Source: an uncultured Acidobacteriota bacterium
Lineage (GTDB): Bacteria; Acidobacteriota; Polarisedimenticolia; J045
Length of the DNA: 64,000 nucleotides
Direction: 5' to 3'
Assembly (NCBI GenBank): GCA_963702425.1
Contig: CAVPCQ010000023.1
Location: 1-64,000, forward strand
The translations under genes and the position numbers were made by a program. The notes under the pieces were generated by a model. The model did no database searches. It was not told the origin of the DNA and was given only the letters and a program-made list of their open reading frames with translations. Below are positions 30,037 through 38,478 of the stretch, piece after piece; within the stretch, counting starts at the first letter, position 1, and every line of letters starts with the position of its first letter.

Positions 30037-32349
30037 ATGGCTTCCTCCCCGGCACGGTGGCGCGAACTGGACGCACTCCTGGGCGGTGCGCTCGAACTTC
30101 CACCCTCCGACCGGCCGGCGTGGATCGCCGCGCACTGCGGGTCGGACGGGTCGCTTCGCGCCGAACTCCAGCAGCTGCTCTCGTGGAGCGAAGCCTCCGA
30201 TCCTCGCTTCGACGGCCCGGGCGGCCTCGCGTCCGAGTGCTTCGGCGAGAGCGCGCCTCCGGTGCCGGAACGGGTTGGCGTCTGGCGCCTCGTCCGGGAG
30301 ATTGGTCGCGGCGGAATGGCCGTCGTCTACGAAGCGGAGCGGGAGGACGGGGGATTCCGCCAGACCGCGGCCGTCAAGCTGCTTGCGACCGGTGCGTGGA
30401 ACGCCGACGCGGTACGGCGCTTCGAACAGGAGCGCCAGATCCTCGCGCTGCTTGACCACGCGGCGATTGCCTCGCTGCTCGATGGGGGCATCGCACCGGA
30501 CGGGCGCCCCTATCTCGTCGTTGAACTCGTGCGAGGGCTACCGATCACGGAGCACGCCAGACGACGGCAACTCGAGCTCTCGGCGAAGCTCTCGCTCGTG
30601 GTCCAGGTCGCACGGGCCGTCGGTTCAGCCCATCGCAGTCTCATCATCCATCGCGACCTCAAACCGTCGAACGTGCTGGTCGACGAGAACGGCGTGCCGA
30701 AGCTACTCGACTTCGGCATCGCTCGCGTCCTGGCGAACGATTTCCCCGGTGAACTCCCTCGAACCCGGACGGCGCATCGCCTGCTGACTCCGGAATACGC
30801 GAGCCCCGAGCAGGTCCTCGGCCGGCCGGTCACGGTCGCCTCGGACATCTACCAGCTCGGCCTCCTGCTGTACGAGATCGTCACGGACCGCCGGGCGCAG
30901 CCGCTGCCCGACGGGGACATCACCGCGATTCTCCGGGCGGTCTGCGAGCAGGATCCGGTCCGGCCCAGCCAGGCTGCGGCAGGCCGCGCGTGGCCGCGTG
31001 CGCGCGATCTCGACGCGATCGTGCTGCGCGCGCTGCGCAAGGAGCCCGAGTCGCGCTATCCGTCGGCGGACGCCCTGGCCGACGACATCGAGGCCTATCT
31101 CGACGAGCGCCCGGTCGCCGCCCTGCGCGGCTCGCGCGCATACCGTGCGGCTCGCTTTGCCAGCCGTCACCGCGTCGGGCTCGCGACGAGCATCCTGCTC
31201 GCTGCAGCGCTCATCGGTTACACCGTCACGGTGAGCATTCAGTCCGCGCGGGTCCGGCGTGAGCGCGACCGTGCGTCGATCGAGGCACAGCGCGCGGACG
31301 AGCTCAAGCGCTTCGTCTTCGCGAGCTTCTTCGGCGCGGATCCGGGCGTCGCCATGGGCAGCGGCGTCGTCCTGCGTGACCACCTCGCGTCGGTGGAGGC
31401 TCGCGCGCGGATTGCCCTCGCTCAGCGCCCCGCACTGTGCGCCGAAATCCTCGCCACGATCGGGCAGGTCTACATCAGCCTGTCGGAATACGACCGCGCC
31501 ATTAGGCTGCTTCGCGACGCGGTAGCCGACTTTCGTCGCGCGCAGCCGGCGAACCCCCTCGCACTATCGGAGGCGCTGCGCCACTTCGGGCGGGCTCTTC
31601 ACTACTCCGGCCGCTATCGCTACGCTGAGGGTCCATTCCTCGAAGCTCTGCACCTGCTCGAGCGGAACCTCGCGGCCGACGATCCGCGCCTCACGGTCGT
31701 CCGGCGACACATCGGCTGCCTCCTCCACGCCACCGGCCGCTACGACGAGGCTGCAACGATGCTGCGGCGTGCCCTCGCGGAGACCGAGGACCAGGCAAGG
31801 CACCAAGTGGCCGAGCCGACGTGGGCGCGGATCGATCTCGCCGACCTGCTGCTCGACATGGGAAGCCGATCCGAGGCCGCGGATCTCTACCGCGCAGCGA
31901 TCGACGGCGCGCAGCGGCTCGATCCTCCGGACGAGGTCGCTGCGCTGTGGGCACAGGATGGTCTGGGACGGGTTCACTTGTTCGAGAACCGCCTGGACGA
32001 AGCGGCCGAGCTGCTCGAGCGGACGCTCACTCGGCGGCAGCAGCTGTTCGCCCCTCAGCACCCGTTCGTCGCGGAGTCGCTTCGCAGCGCCGGACTTCTG
32101 CACCTTGCGCAAGGTCGCCTCGACGAGGCCGGCGTGTTCCTGGACCGGGCGGCCGGCATCTATCGAAAGGTGCTCTCCGAACGTCACGCGTGGGTAGCTC
32201 GTGCCGAGCTGGACTTCGCGCGGCTGGAGGCGGCCCGTGCGCATCCTGCAGCCGCTGCGCGGCACGCTCGGCGCGCCGCGCAGCTTCTCGAGCGCACCGG
32301 CCTGACGGATCATCCGTGGCACGCGGACGCGCTCCTCGCCGCTCAATAG
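30037..32349 (+). CDS. Hanks-type Ser/Thr kinase with TM helix and TPR repeats (PknS-like)
   Basis: IGRGGMAVVY, AVK, HRDLKPSN, DFG, TPEYASPEQ, then a TM helix and TPRs. Confidence 0.93.
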   Translation: MASSPARWRELDALLGGALELPPSDRPAWIAAHCGSDGSLRAELQQLLSWSEASDPRFDGPGGLASECFGESAPPVPERVGVWRLVREIGRGGMAVVYEAEREDGGFRQTAAVKLLATGAWNADAVRRFEQERQILALLDHAAIASLLDGGIAPDGRPYLVVELVRGLPITEHARRRQLELSAKLSLVVQVARAVGSAHRSLIIHRDLKPSNVLVDENGVPKLLDFGIARVLANDFPGELPRTRTAHRLLTPEYASPEQVLGRPVTVASDIYQLGLLLYEIVTDRRAQPLPDGDITAILRAVCEQDPVRPSQAAAGRAWPRARDLDAIVLRALRKEPESRYPSADALADDIEAYLDERPVAALRGSRAYRAARFASRHRVGLATSILLAAALIGYTVTVSIQSARVRRERDRASIEAQRADELKRFVFASFFGADPGVAMGSGVVLRDHLASVEARARIALAQRPALCAEILATIGQVYISLSEYDRAIRLLRDAVADFRRAQPANPLALSEALRHFGRALHYSGRYRYAEGPFLEALHLLERNLAADDPRLTVVRRHIGCLLHATGRYDEAATMLRRALAETEDQARHQVAEPTWARIDLADLLLDMGSRSEAADLYRAAIDGAQRLDPPDEVAALWAQDGLGRVHLFENRLDEAAELLERTLTRRQQLFAPQHPFVAESLRSAGLLHLAQGRLDEAGVFLDRAAGIYRKVLSERHAWVARAELDFARLEAARAHPAAAARHARRAAQLLERTGLTDHPWHADALLAAQ

Positions 32350-32492
32350 CCGGCGCGCAGCGCCGCCAAGTCGCTCCTTTTTCAGAGATGGCCGGGACAC
32401 CGGGGGCTCGATGTGGTAGGCGACGACGTCGTCAGGGTCCAGGAACCGATCGCGCCATGCGCGCGCTCCCATTCACGGCGGCGTGACCGACT

Positions 32493-32584
32493 GGGGCCGG
32501 CCTCCGTGCCGGCCCGCAGGACGGAGGGCGCGATTCGGGCCGCCACGGAGGCCGGCCCCTACGGTTTCTCCAGCGCGAGGGCGG
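32493..32584. repeat. REPIN copy 2, overlapping the msrB stop codon
   Basis: GGGGCCGGCCTCCGTGCCGGCCCG...CGGGCCGCCACGGAGGCCGGCCCCTACG. Its 19-nt spacer is homologous to that of copy 1, and the msrB TAG is part of the REP GTAG. Confidence 0.85.
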
Positions 32585-33155
32585 CGGAGTTCAGGCAGTA
32601 GCGCAGGCCGGTCGGCCCGGGGCCGTCGTCGAAGACGTGGCCCAGGTGACCGCCGCAGCGCGCGCAGAGCACTTCGGTGCGCAGCATCATGTAGGTCTGG
32701 TCGCTCTCGGTCGCGACGTTCTCGCCGGCGATCGGCGCGGTGAAGCTGGGCCATCCGGTGCCCGAGTCGAACTTCGTTTCCGACGAGAAGAGCGGCAGGC
32801 CGCAGGCCGCGCAGACGTAGGTCCCCTCGTCCTTGGTCTTCCAGAACGCGCCGGTGAAGGCGCGCTCGGTCCCCTTCTCGCGCAGGACCTGGAACTGCTC
32901 GGGGGTCAGCGATGCGCGCCATTCCTCGTCGCTGCGGACGACCTTGTCGACCATCTGCTTCTCTCCGTGGATGACGACGGGCACCTTCGAGGAGGACGGC
33001 GTTGCGGGGGCCGGGGCGAGGGCCGCGCCGCTCCCCTCCGCCGGGGAGGCGTTGACGATTCCCGTCGGGACGCCGCCGCAGCCGGTGACGGCGAGCAGTG
33101 CCGCGAACACCCAGACCGAGGCGCAGGCAACGAGAAGCAAGGCGGGACGGGCCAT
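32559..33155 (-). CDS. msrB: Peptide-methionine (R)-S-oxide reductase with lipoprotein-like signal
   Basis: [46 protein letters not shown]; N-terminal LAVTGC. Confidence 0.95.
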   Translation of the reverse strand: MARPALLLVACASVWVFAALLAVTGCGGVPTGIVNASPAEGSGAALAPAPATPSSSKVPVVIHGEKQMVDKVVRSDEEWRASLTPEQFQVLREKGTERAFTGAFWKTKDEGTYVCAACGLPLFSSETKFDSGTGWPSFTAPIAGENVATESDQTYMMLRTEVLCARCGGHLGHVFDDGPGPTGLRYCLNSAALALEKP

Positions 33156-33413
33156 GAGCGGGATTGTAGGGAGTGCCGCCGGGACCGCCAGTAGCTGGGC
33201 GGTTAGGCGGCTGCCGGGCGGCCCGGGACTTCGACTCGACCGCGCTCCGCCATCGTCGGATCGTCCCGGTACGAGATCGACCACCAGATGGAGCATCTCC
33301 CTCACGCCCCTGGAGACTCCGGCTGGTCGTCGCGTTCCAGGCGCGACTCGGCGCGAAGACCCGAGGTCGAACCCCTGTCGATTCAGATATTTATGATTAT
33401 CGTAAAAAAATGC

Positions 33414-33441
33414 TTGACTATCATAATATTCATCGTATGCT
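33414..33441 (+). promoter_or_regulatory. Sigma70-type promoter in an AT-rich patch, probably leaderless
   Basis: TTGACT-N16-TATGCT, 7 nt before GTG 33449. Confidence 0.55.
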
Positions 33442-33448
33442 TCTGCTC

Positions 33449-33661
33449 GTGGCGATCGAAGTCCGGCTCGACCTGATGCTCGCTCGACGCAAGATGCGTC
33501 TGACGGAGCTCTCCGAGCGCGTGGGGATCTCGATGACCAACCTCTCACTGCTCAAGACGGGGAAGGTCAAGGCGATCCGGTTCTCCACGCTCGACGCGCT
33601 CTGCCGCGAGCTCGCATGTCAGCCGGGCGATCTTCTCGAATTCGCCCCGGAGGACGTATGA
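33449..33661 (+). CDS. XRE/YozG-like HTH regulator
   Basis: [47 protein letters not shown]...CQPGDLLE. Confidence 0.92.
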   Translation: MAIEVRLDLMLARRKMRLTELSERVGISMTNLSLLKTGKVKAIRFSTLDALCRELACQPGDLLEFAPEDV

Positions 33662-34272
33662 ACACCAATCGCTACGCGGCTGCCGGATGGGCAGCCATCC
33701 TGAGCGCCGCAGGCACGCTCGCCGTACTTGGGCTGTCCTTCGTCTTCGACCTGTCGAAGATCGCCGGGCGCCCGGAGCAGTTCGGCCCCGGCCTGTGGAG
33801 CCTGCAGCAGGCCGCCCTCGTGATCGCGGTGGACGCCGTCGCCTGGATCCTGGGGATCTACGCGCTCGTAAAGTTCCGGGACCTGCTCCGCGAGCGTTAC
33901 GACTTCCACGCCATCGACCACCTGATCTGGATCGTGATCGGGGCCGGGCTGCTCGTCGCCGCGGCCTCGTACGCGCAGCGCCTTGCCGCCGACGGGAAGC
34001 TGGGGAGCGCTCTCGTCGGGTTCGCCACGATGGCGGTACTCGGCGTCCTGAACGGCGTGATCGGGATCGTCTTCGCGACGCGGCTCCTCAAGATCAACGG
34101 CAACCTCAACGGCTACAAGAAGCCGCTCGCCTACGTCTACCTGGCGGGGTCGATCTGCTTCCTGCTGGTCGTGCCGGCCCTCGTGGGGATGGTCCTGCTG
34201 GCGGCCTGGAGCGTTCTCCTGGGGCTTTCCTTCTTCCAGGGCGAGGAGCTCGAGGAGCTCGAAGTCGTCTGA
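33658..34272 (+). CDS. Multi-pass membrane protein, hypothetical
   Basis: ATGA-coupled to the HTH gene; about six hydrophobic helices. Confidence 0.8.
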   Translation: MNTNRYAAAGWAAILSAAGTLAVLGLSFVFDLSKIAGRPEQFGPGLWSLQQAALVIAVDAVAWILGIYALVKFRDLLRERYDFHAIDHLIWIVIGAGLLVAAASYAQRLAADGKLGSALVGFATMAVLGVLNGVIGIVFATRLLKINGNLNGYKKPLAYVYLAGSICFLLVVPALVGMVLLAAWSVLLGLSFFQGEELEELEVV

Positions 34273-34284
34273 CAGGGGGGCGCC

Positions 34285-34566
34285 ATGAAGAGCGTGGCGT
34301 ATCTGCTGGTGTTCTTCGCCGTGACGAGTGCGCTGTGGGCCACCGTGGCGGCCGTCGCGATGGCAGGCTGGCTCTCGCATCACGGCGTGAAGGTGAACTG
34401 GTTCCTGCTCCGGCTGTACATGCCGTGGTACGTCCACCGCTACCAGAAGATGACCCGGGAGCGCGACGGCAGGCCGGGCCCGCTCTATGCGCACTTCGTG
34501 GTCCCGATCAGCCTGGCGCTGCTGTTCGCGGTGGTCGGCCTGGTCGTGATCGTGGCGTCGCGCTAG
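34285..34566 (+). CDS. Small membrane protein, hypothetical
   Basis: RBS AGGGGG; two TM helices. Confidence 0.75.
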   Translation: MKSVAYLLVFFAVTSALWATVAAVAMAGWLSHHGVKVNWFLLRLYMPWYVHRYQKMTRERDGRPGPLYAHFVVPISLALLFAVVGLVVIVASR

Positions 34567-34621
34567 GGCCCACGCCGGGACCCGGTGCGGCTTCCGGATC
34601 CCGGGGGCGGACAACCGCCCT

Positions 34622-34639
34622 GTCATGACGTATCATGAT
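34622..34639. promoter_or_regulatory. Tandem TCATGA palindromes, probable toxin-antitoxin operator
   Basis: GTCATGACGTATCATGAT upstream of the antitoxin gene. Confidence 0.5.
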
Positions 34640-34654
34640 TCTTCAGGAGACCTC

Positions 34655-34867
34655 ATGGCCATCACCAAGATCAGTTCGCAGGTCGAGGAGTCCGTTTGGG
34701 ACGAGTTGAAGGCGACGGCCGCCGAATCCCACCGCAGCGTCTCCGGCATGCTGACCGAGGCGATTCGCGAGTACCTCGAGCGCCGGCGCGTTCGGCCCGC
34801 GGTCCTGCGCCACCTGGACGACTCGATCGCCGAGAACGAGAAGCTGGGGCGGTTCCTTGCCCGCTAG
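34655..34867 (+). CDS. Ribbon-helix-helix putative antitoxin
   Basis: MAITKISSQVEESVWDELKATA...VSGMLTEAIREYL; RBS AGGAG; overlaps the doc gene. Confidence 0.75.
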   Translation: MAITKISSQVEESVWDELKATAAESHRSVSGMLTEAIREYLERRRVRPAVLRHLDDSIAENEKLGRFLAR

Positions 34868-35297
34868 AGAGACGCTCTTCCTGACGACCGACGAGGTTCT
34901 CGCGATCCACGAGAGGCTCATCGAGACGTTCGGCGGGCCCCGTGGCGTGCGTGATCCCGGCCTACTCGAGAGCGCGCTGTTCCGGCCTCGCACCGGTTAC
35001 TACCGCGACCTGGCGGAGATGGCCGCGGCCCTCTTCGAGTCCCTCCTCATGAACCACCCGTTCGTCGACGGCAACAAGCGGGTCGCGTTCTTCGCGACGG
35101 ACGTCTTTCTCCGGCTCAACGGACACAAGCTGGCCGTTCGCCCCGAGGCCGCCCACCGCTTCCTGATCGGGCTGCTCGAATCCGGCGAGTGCGACTTCGC
35201 GCGCCTGCTGCCGTGGATCCGGCGGTCGATCCGGCCGCTCCCGCGGCGTCGCAGCGAGATGACCGGAGCCCCGGAGAGCCGCCGGGACCACCGGTAA
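34857..35297 (+). CDS. doc: Death-on-curing (Doc/Fic) toxin
   Basis: FLTTDEVLAIH, GVRDPGLLESAL.RP, NHPFVDGNKR. Confidence 0.9.
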   Translation: MPARETLFLTTDEVLAIHERLIETFGGPRGVRDPGLLESALFRPRTGYYRDLAEMAAALFESLLMNHPFVDGNKRVAFFATDVFLRLNGHKLAVRPEAAHRFLIGLLESGECDFARLLPWIRRSIRPLPRRRSEMTGAPESRRDHR

Positions 35298-35377
35298 CCC
35301 GCCGGTCAGCCCTCCCCCGCCGGAAAACTCGCCCCCCCCCTGTGACGCCCGGCCCCCTCCCGGCGAATCATGGAGCG

Positions 35378-35896
35378 ATGACCGACGAGACCTTCGCCGA
35401 CCTGCTCGACCGCCACGCCGGCCTGATCCGGCGGGTCGCCTCGGTCTACTGCCGGGACGCCGCGGCCCGCGAGGACGTCGTGCAGGAGATCGCACTGCAG
35501 GCCTGGCTCTCCCGCCACCGCTACGACGGGCGCTGCAAGGAGTCGACCTGGCTCTACCGGATCGCGGTCAACGTCGCGATCTCGCACCACCGCAGGGAGC
35601 GCCGGCAGCCCGAGCGCGGCGCGCCCCTCGACGAGCAGTCGATTGCGGCGCCGGAGTCCGAAGGCGGCGAGGACATAGCCCTGCTGCTGCGCTGCGTCCA
35701 GGAACTCGAGCCGCTCGACCGCGCGCTCGTCCTGCTCTACCTCGACGGCAACGACCACGCCGCGATCGCCGAGGTGCTGGGGATCTCGCCTTCGAACGTG
35801 GGCACCAAGCTGCACCGCATCAAGGCCCGGCTGCGCGCCGCGTTCGAGCGGCACGCGCGCCCCACCCCCAAGGAGAGCACCGATGGAACTCGATGA
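35378..35896 (+). CDS. ECF sigma factor
   Basis: REDVVQEI, STWLYRIAVNVAIS, IAEVLGISPSNVGTKLHRIK. An upstream TGTGAC-N17-CGAATC may be its own promoter. Confidence 0.92.
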   Translation: MTDETFADLLDRHAGLIRRVASVYCRDAAAREDVVQEIALQAWLSRHRYDGRCKESTWLYRIAVNVAISHHRRERRQPERGAPLDEQSIAAPESEGGEDIALLLRCVQELEPLDRALVLLYLDGNDHAAIAEVLGISPSNVGTKLHRIKARLRAAFERHARPTPKESTDGTR

Positions 35897-36551
35897 CCTG
35901 AAGGGCGCCTGGGCCGCCCACACCGCGACGCTGGAGCGAAGCCTGGCGATCCAGCAGCGCCTGCTGCGCGAGTCGCTGCTGCGCCGGCCGCGCCTGGCCC
36001 TCGCCCCCTGGATGATCTGGCGCGCGCTCGAGGTCGCGCTGGGCGTCGCCGCGATCGGCGCTGCCGTCCCGCTGCTGCTGGCGCACGCCGGCGAGCCTCG
36101 CTACGCGATCCTCGTCGGCGGGCTGCTCGTCTTCGCCGTGATCATGACCGCGCTCTCGACCCGCCTGCTGGTCCGGACGCTCGCACTCGACTGGGGGCGC
36201 CCGGTGACCGCGATCCAGCGCGAGGTCGAGCAGATCCGCAGCACGGAGTACCGCGCGATCAAGTGGGCGCTGCTGGGGGGTGTCCTCTTCTGGCTCCCCG
36301 CCCTGCTGGTCCTGATCGAGGTGTTCACAGGGATCCCGGCGCTGGCCCGCGTCGAGCTGCCGTGGCTGGTCGCGAACCTGGCCTTCGGGCTGGGGATGCT
36401 GGGACTGGGCCAGGCGCTCTCGCGCCGCTTCGTCGAGCGGCCCGGGCTGGGAGCCGGGGCGCGGCGCGTGATGGACGCGCTCTCGGGACGCGGGCTGCGC
36501 CAGGCGGCGGAGCGGCTGGCGGAGGTGGGGAGGTTCGAGGGGGAGGGGTGA
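35883..36551 (+). CDS. Membrane protein, putative anti-sigma factor
   Basis: MELDDLKGAW start, four TM helices, overlaps the ECF gene. Confidence 0.75.
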   Translation: MELDDLKGAWAAHTATLERSLAIQQRLLRESLLRRPRLALAPWMIWRALEVALGVAAIGAAVPLLLAHAGEPRYAILVGGLLVFAVIMTALSTRLLVRTLALDWGRPVTAIQREVEQIRSTEYRAIKWALLGGVLFWLPALLVLIEVFTGIPALARVELPWLVANLAFGLGMLGLGQALSRRFVERPGLGAGARRVMDALSGRGLRQAAERLAEVGRFEGEG

Positions 36552-36558
36552 CCTCCCC

Positions 36559-36978
36559 TCACATCGATGCATCCTGCACGATCCGCCAGCCGTCCCCGTG
36601 CCGCTTCATCACCAGCAGCGTGTAGCCGCTCGCCTCGGGCTTGTCGGCGTATTTCAGCGACCAGCGCGCGGCGACCGAGCGCGTCTCGCCCAGGTCGCGC
36701 ACGTCGAGCACCTCGAAGGAGAGCGTCCCCATCGCCGCGCGGTCCTTGTAGCGCGCGCGGTAGCGCTCCAGCACGGCCTGGCGGCCGCGCGTCATGCCGG
36801 AGGGGGTGATGAAGACCGCGTCGTCCTCGTAGAGCGAGCAGAACTCCTCGAGGTTGCCCGCGTTCCAGGCGGCCGCCTGGCGCGCGAGCAGAGCGTCGAC
36901 CGGCGAGGCGGCAAGCGCCGCAGGGACGCATGGGAGGACCAGCGCAACCAGGAGCAGCAGCCGCACCGGGCCGCTCAT
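36559..36978 (-). CDS. NTF2-like/DUF4440 secreted protein
   Basis: QAAAWNAGNLEEF, MGTLSFE, GWRIVQDASM. Confidence 0.88.
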   Translation of the reverse strand: MSGPVRLLLLVALVLPCVPAALAASPVDALLARQAAAWNAGNLEEFCSLYEDDAVFITPSGMTRGRQAVLERYRARYKDRAAMGTLSFEVLDVRDLGETRSVAARWSLKYADKPEASGYTLLVMKRHGDGWRIVQDASM

Positions 36979-37580
36979 TGGGCCGGCCACCCGTAGCCGA
37001 GCACCAGCGCGTACTGCGAGTAGTTCCCGGAGAGCGTTGCGGTACGCAGCGAGAACAGCACCGGCACCTCGAACTTGAACGACGCGCCGCGGCCGATCCG
37101 GACGTCCAGCCCGAGGTTGAACTGTGGGCCGAGCCGCCAGAACAGGCCGCCGTTGAAGTAGTAGCCCAGCGAGCCGTCGGTGTCGTCATACGCGGGCGGG
37201 TCGATGTCCAGCTCGTAGTAGGCGTAGGAGTACTCGATCCCCGCGCCGAGGTACGGTCGCCACCCGCCCTCGCGCAGCGGCAGCCACAGTGCGCCGAACG
37301 ACAGGTCCCCGACCGCGGCGGTGTACTGGTACCCCTCGGCGGCGGTCGGCTCCTCCTGCGCAGCCGAGATCGTGAATCCCCAGGCCAGGTGGATCGGCCA
37401 GTCGTCCTGCCCCCAGTCGACCTGCGTGCCGACCAGCCACTGCCGGTCGACCGGACGCCAGTCGTCGTTATAGGTGCGCTGGCCGAGCAGGAACTGGACG
37501 TTGCCGGAGGCGGCCGCCGGCGCGGACGCCGCGACGGCACCGGCGATCAGGAGGGCGGAAAGCGCGATCGTGCGTCTCAT
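36975..37580 (-). CDS. Small outer-membrane beta-barrel protein
   Basis: Signal peptide, RPYLGAG, NLGLDVR, terminal LVLGYGW. Confidence 0.8.
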   Translation of the reverse strand: MRRTIALSALLIAGAVAASAPAAASGNVQFLLGQRTYNDDWRPVDRQWLVGTQVDWGQDDWPIHLAWGFTISAAQEEPTAAEGYQYTAAVGDLSFGALWLPLREGGWRPYLGAGIEYSYAYYELDIDPPAYDDTDGSLGYYFNGGLFWRLGPQFNLGLDVRIGRGASFKFEVPVLFSLRTATLSGNYSQYALVLGYGWPAQ

Positions 37581-37611
37581 CACGGGACTCCTGGGGCCCG
37601 GGCCTCGCGGG

Positions 37612-38064
37612 CTAGCTCTGACCGCCCTCGAGGGCATCGAGATCCGCGAGGTCCTTGGGCCGGCCACACGCGCGCTTGTTGCGCACGAGGTCATCGCGGC
37701 CCAGGAACGGGGTTTCCACCTGCGCTACGGGCAGCAACACGCGACGGGGCCACGCCTCGTCGAACTCGAGACCGGTGAGCTGCGTCATCAGGTCGATGCG
37801 CCGAGGCGGGAGACCGATCTGGATGACCGTCCCCCGGACCTCGAGATCGTCCCGCGAGAGCTGCATCTCGCGAACTGGCGCTCCGAACGCGATCAGCGCG
37901 TCCCAGACGCGTGCCGCGTTGCCGGCATCGGGACGAATCCATACATCCAGATCGCCTGTCGCACGGGGAATGCCGTGGACAGCCATGGCGTGGGCGCCGA
38001 CGACGAGGAACTCGGCCCGGGCCCGGACCAGCGCGAGAAGGAAGTCCCGGAAGTCGTCGTTCAC
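37612..38064 (-). CDS. Nucleotidyltransferase-fold protein (DUF6036-like)
   Basis: LVVGAHAMAVHGIPRATGDLDVW...NKRACGRPKDLADL. Confidence 0.85.
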   Translation of the reverse strand: MNDDFRDFLLALVRARAEFLVVGAHAMAVHGIPRATGDLDVWIRPDAGNAARVWDALIAFGAPVREMQLSRDDLEVRGTVIQIGLPPRRIDLMTQLTGLEFDEAWPRRVLLPVAQVETPFLGRDDLVRNKRACGRPKDLADLDALEGGQS

Positions 38065-38309
38065 GGAGCCGCGGGCGCCCGACCGCGGAGGCAGCGCACC
38101 GGCGTCTCATCCCGGGCGTATGTCGGCAAGGGCCGACCGGTGAGTTCCCACGCTTCCAGCGCCAGTGGCCACATCATGGCGAGGCGCTCTTCGGGGGTCG
38201 TGAACGCGCTGAGGTCGTCTCCCGGCTCGGCCCCGAGCCGGTAGGTGCGGACCGGCCAGGAGGCTCGCGCGAGCGCGCGTGCGGTCGTCGAATCGGGAGA
38301 ACTGCGCAT
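38061..38309 (-). CDS. Small hypothetical partner of the nucleotidyltransferase (toxin-antitoxin-like pair)
   Basis: TPEERLAMMWPLALEAW; GTGA overlap; TATAAT 6 nt upstream of the ATG. Confidence 0.7.
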   Translation of the reverse strand: MRSSPDSTTARALARASWPVRTYRLGAEPGDDLSAFTTPEERLAMMWPLALEAWELTGRPLPTYARDETPVRCLRGRAPAAP

Positions 38310-38478
38310 CGGCGAATTATACACTTCGAGGCGCTCTGGAACGCCTCGAGGGCCGCATCCCGAGAGCGTGCTCGATCGCGCTCACCCGACGCCGCGTTGC
38401 AGCGCACCCCGCGCGACGGGGCGCCGCCCCGCACGGCCCGCCCCGCCGGTCGGCTCGGATCGGCGTATCCTCCTCGCC

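Noticed and set aside
32350-32492. Possible RAYT transposase remnant (WRDRFLDPDDVVAYHIEPPV) next to REPIN copy 2
   Set aside because: Too short and weak, with no HUH motif.
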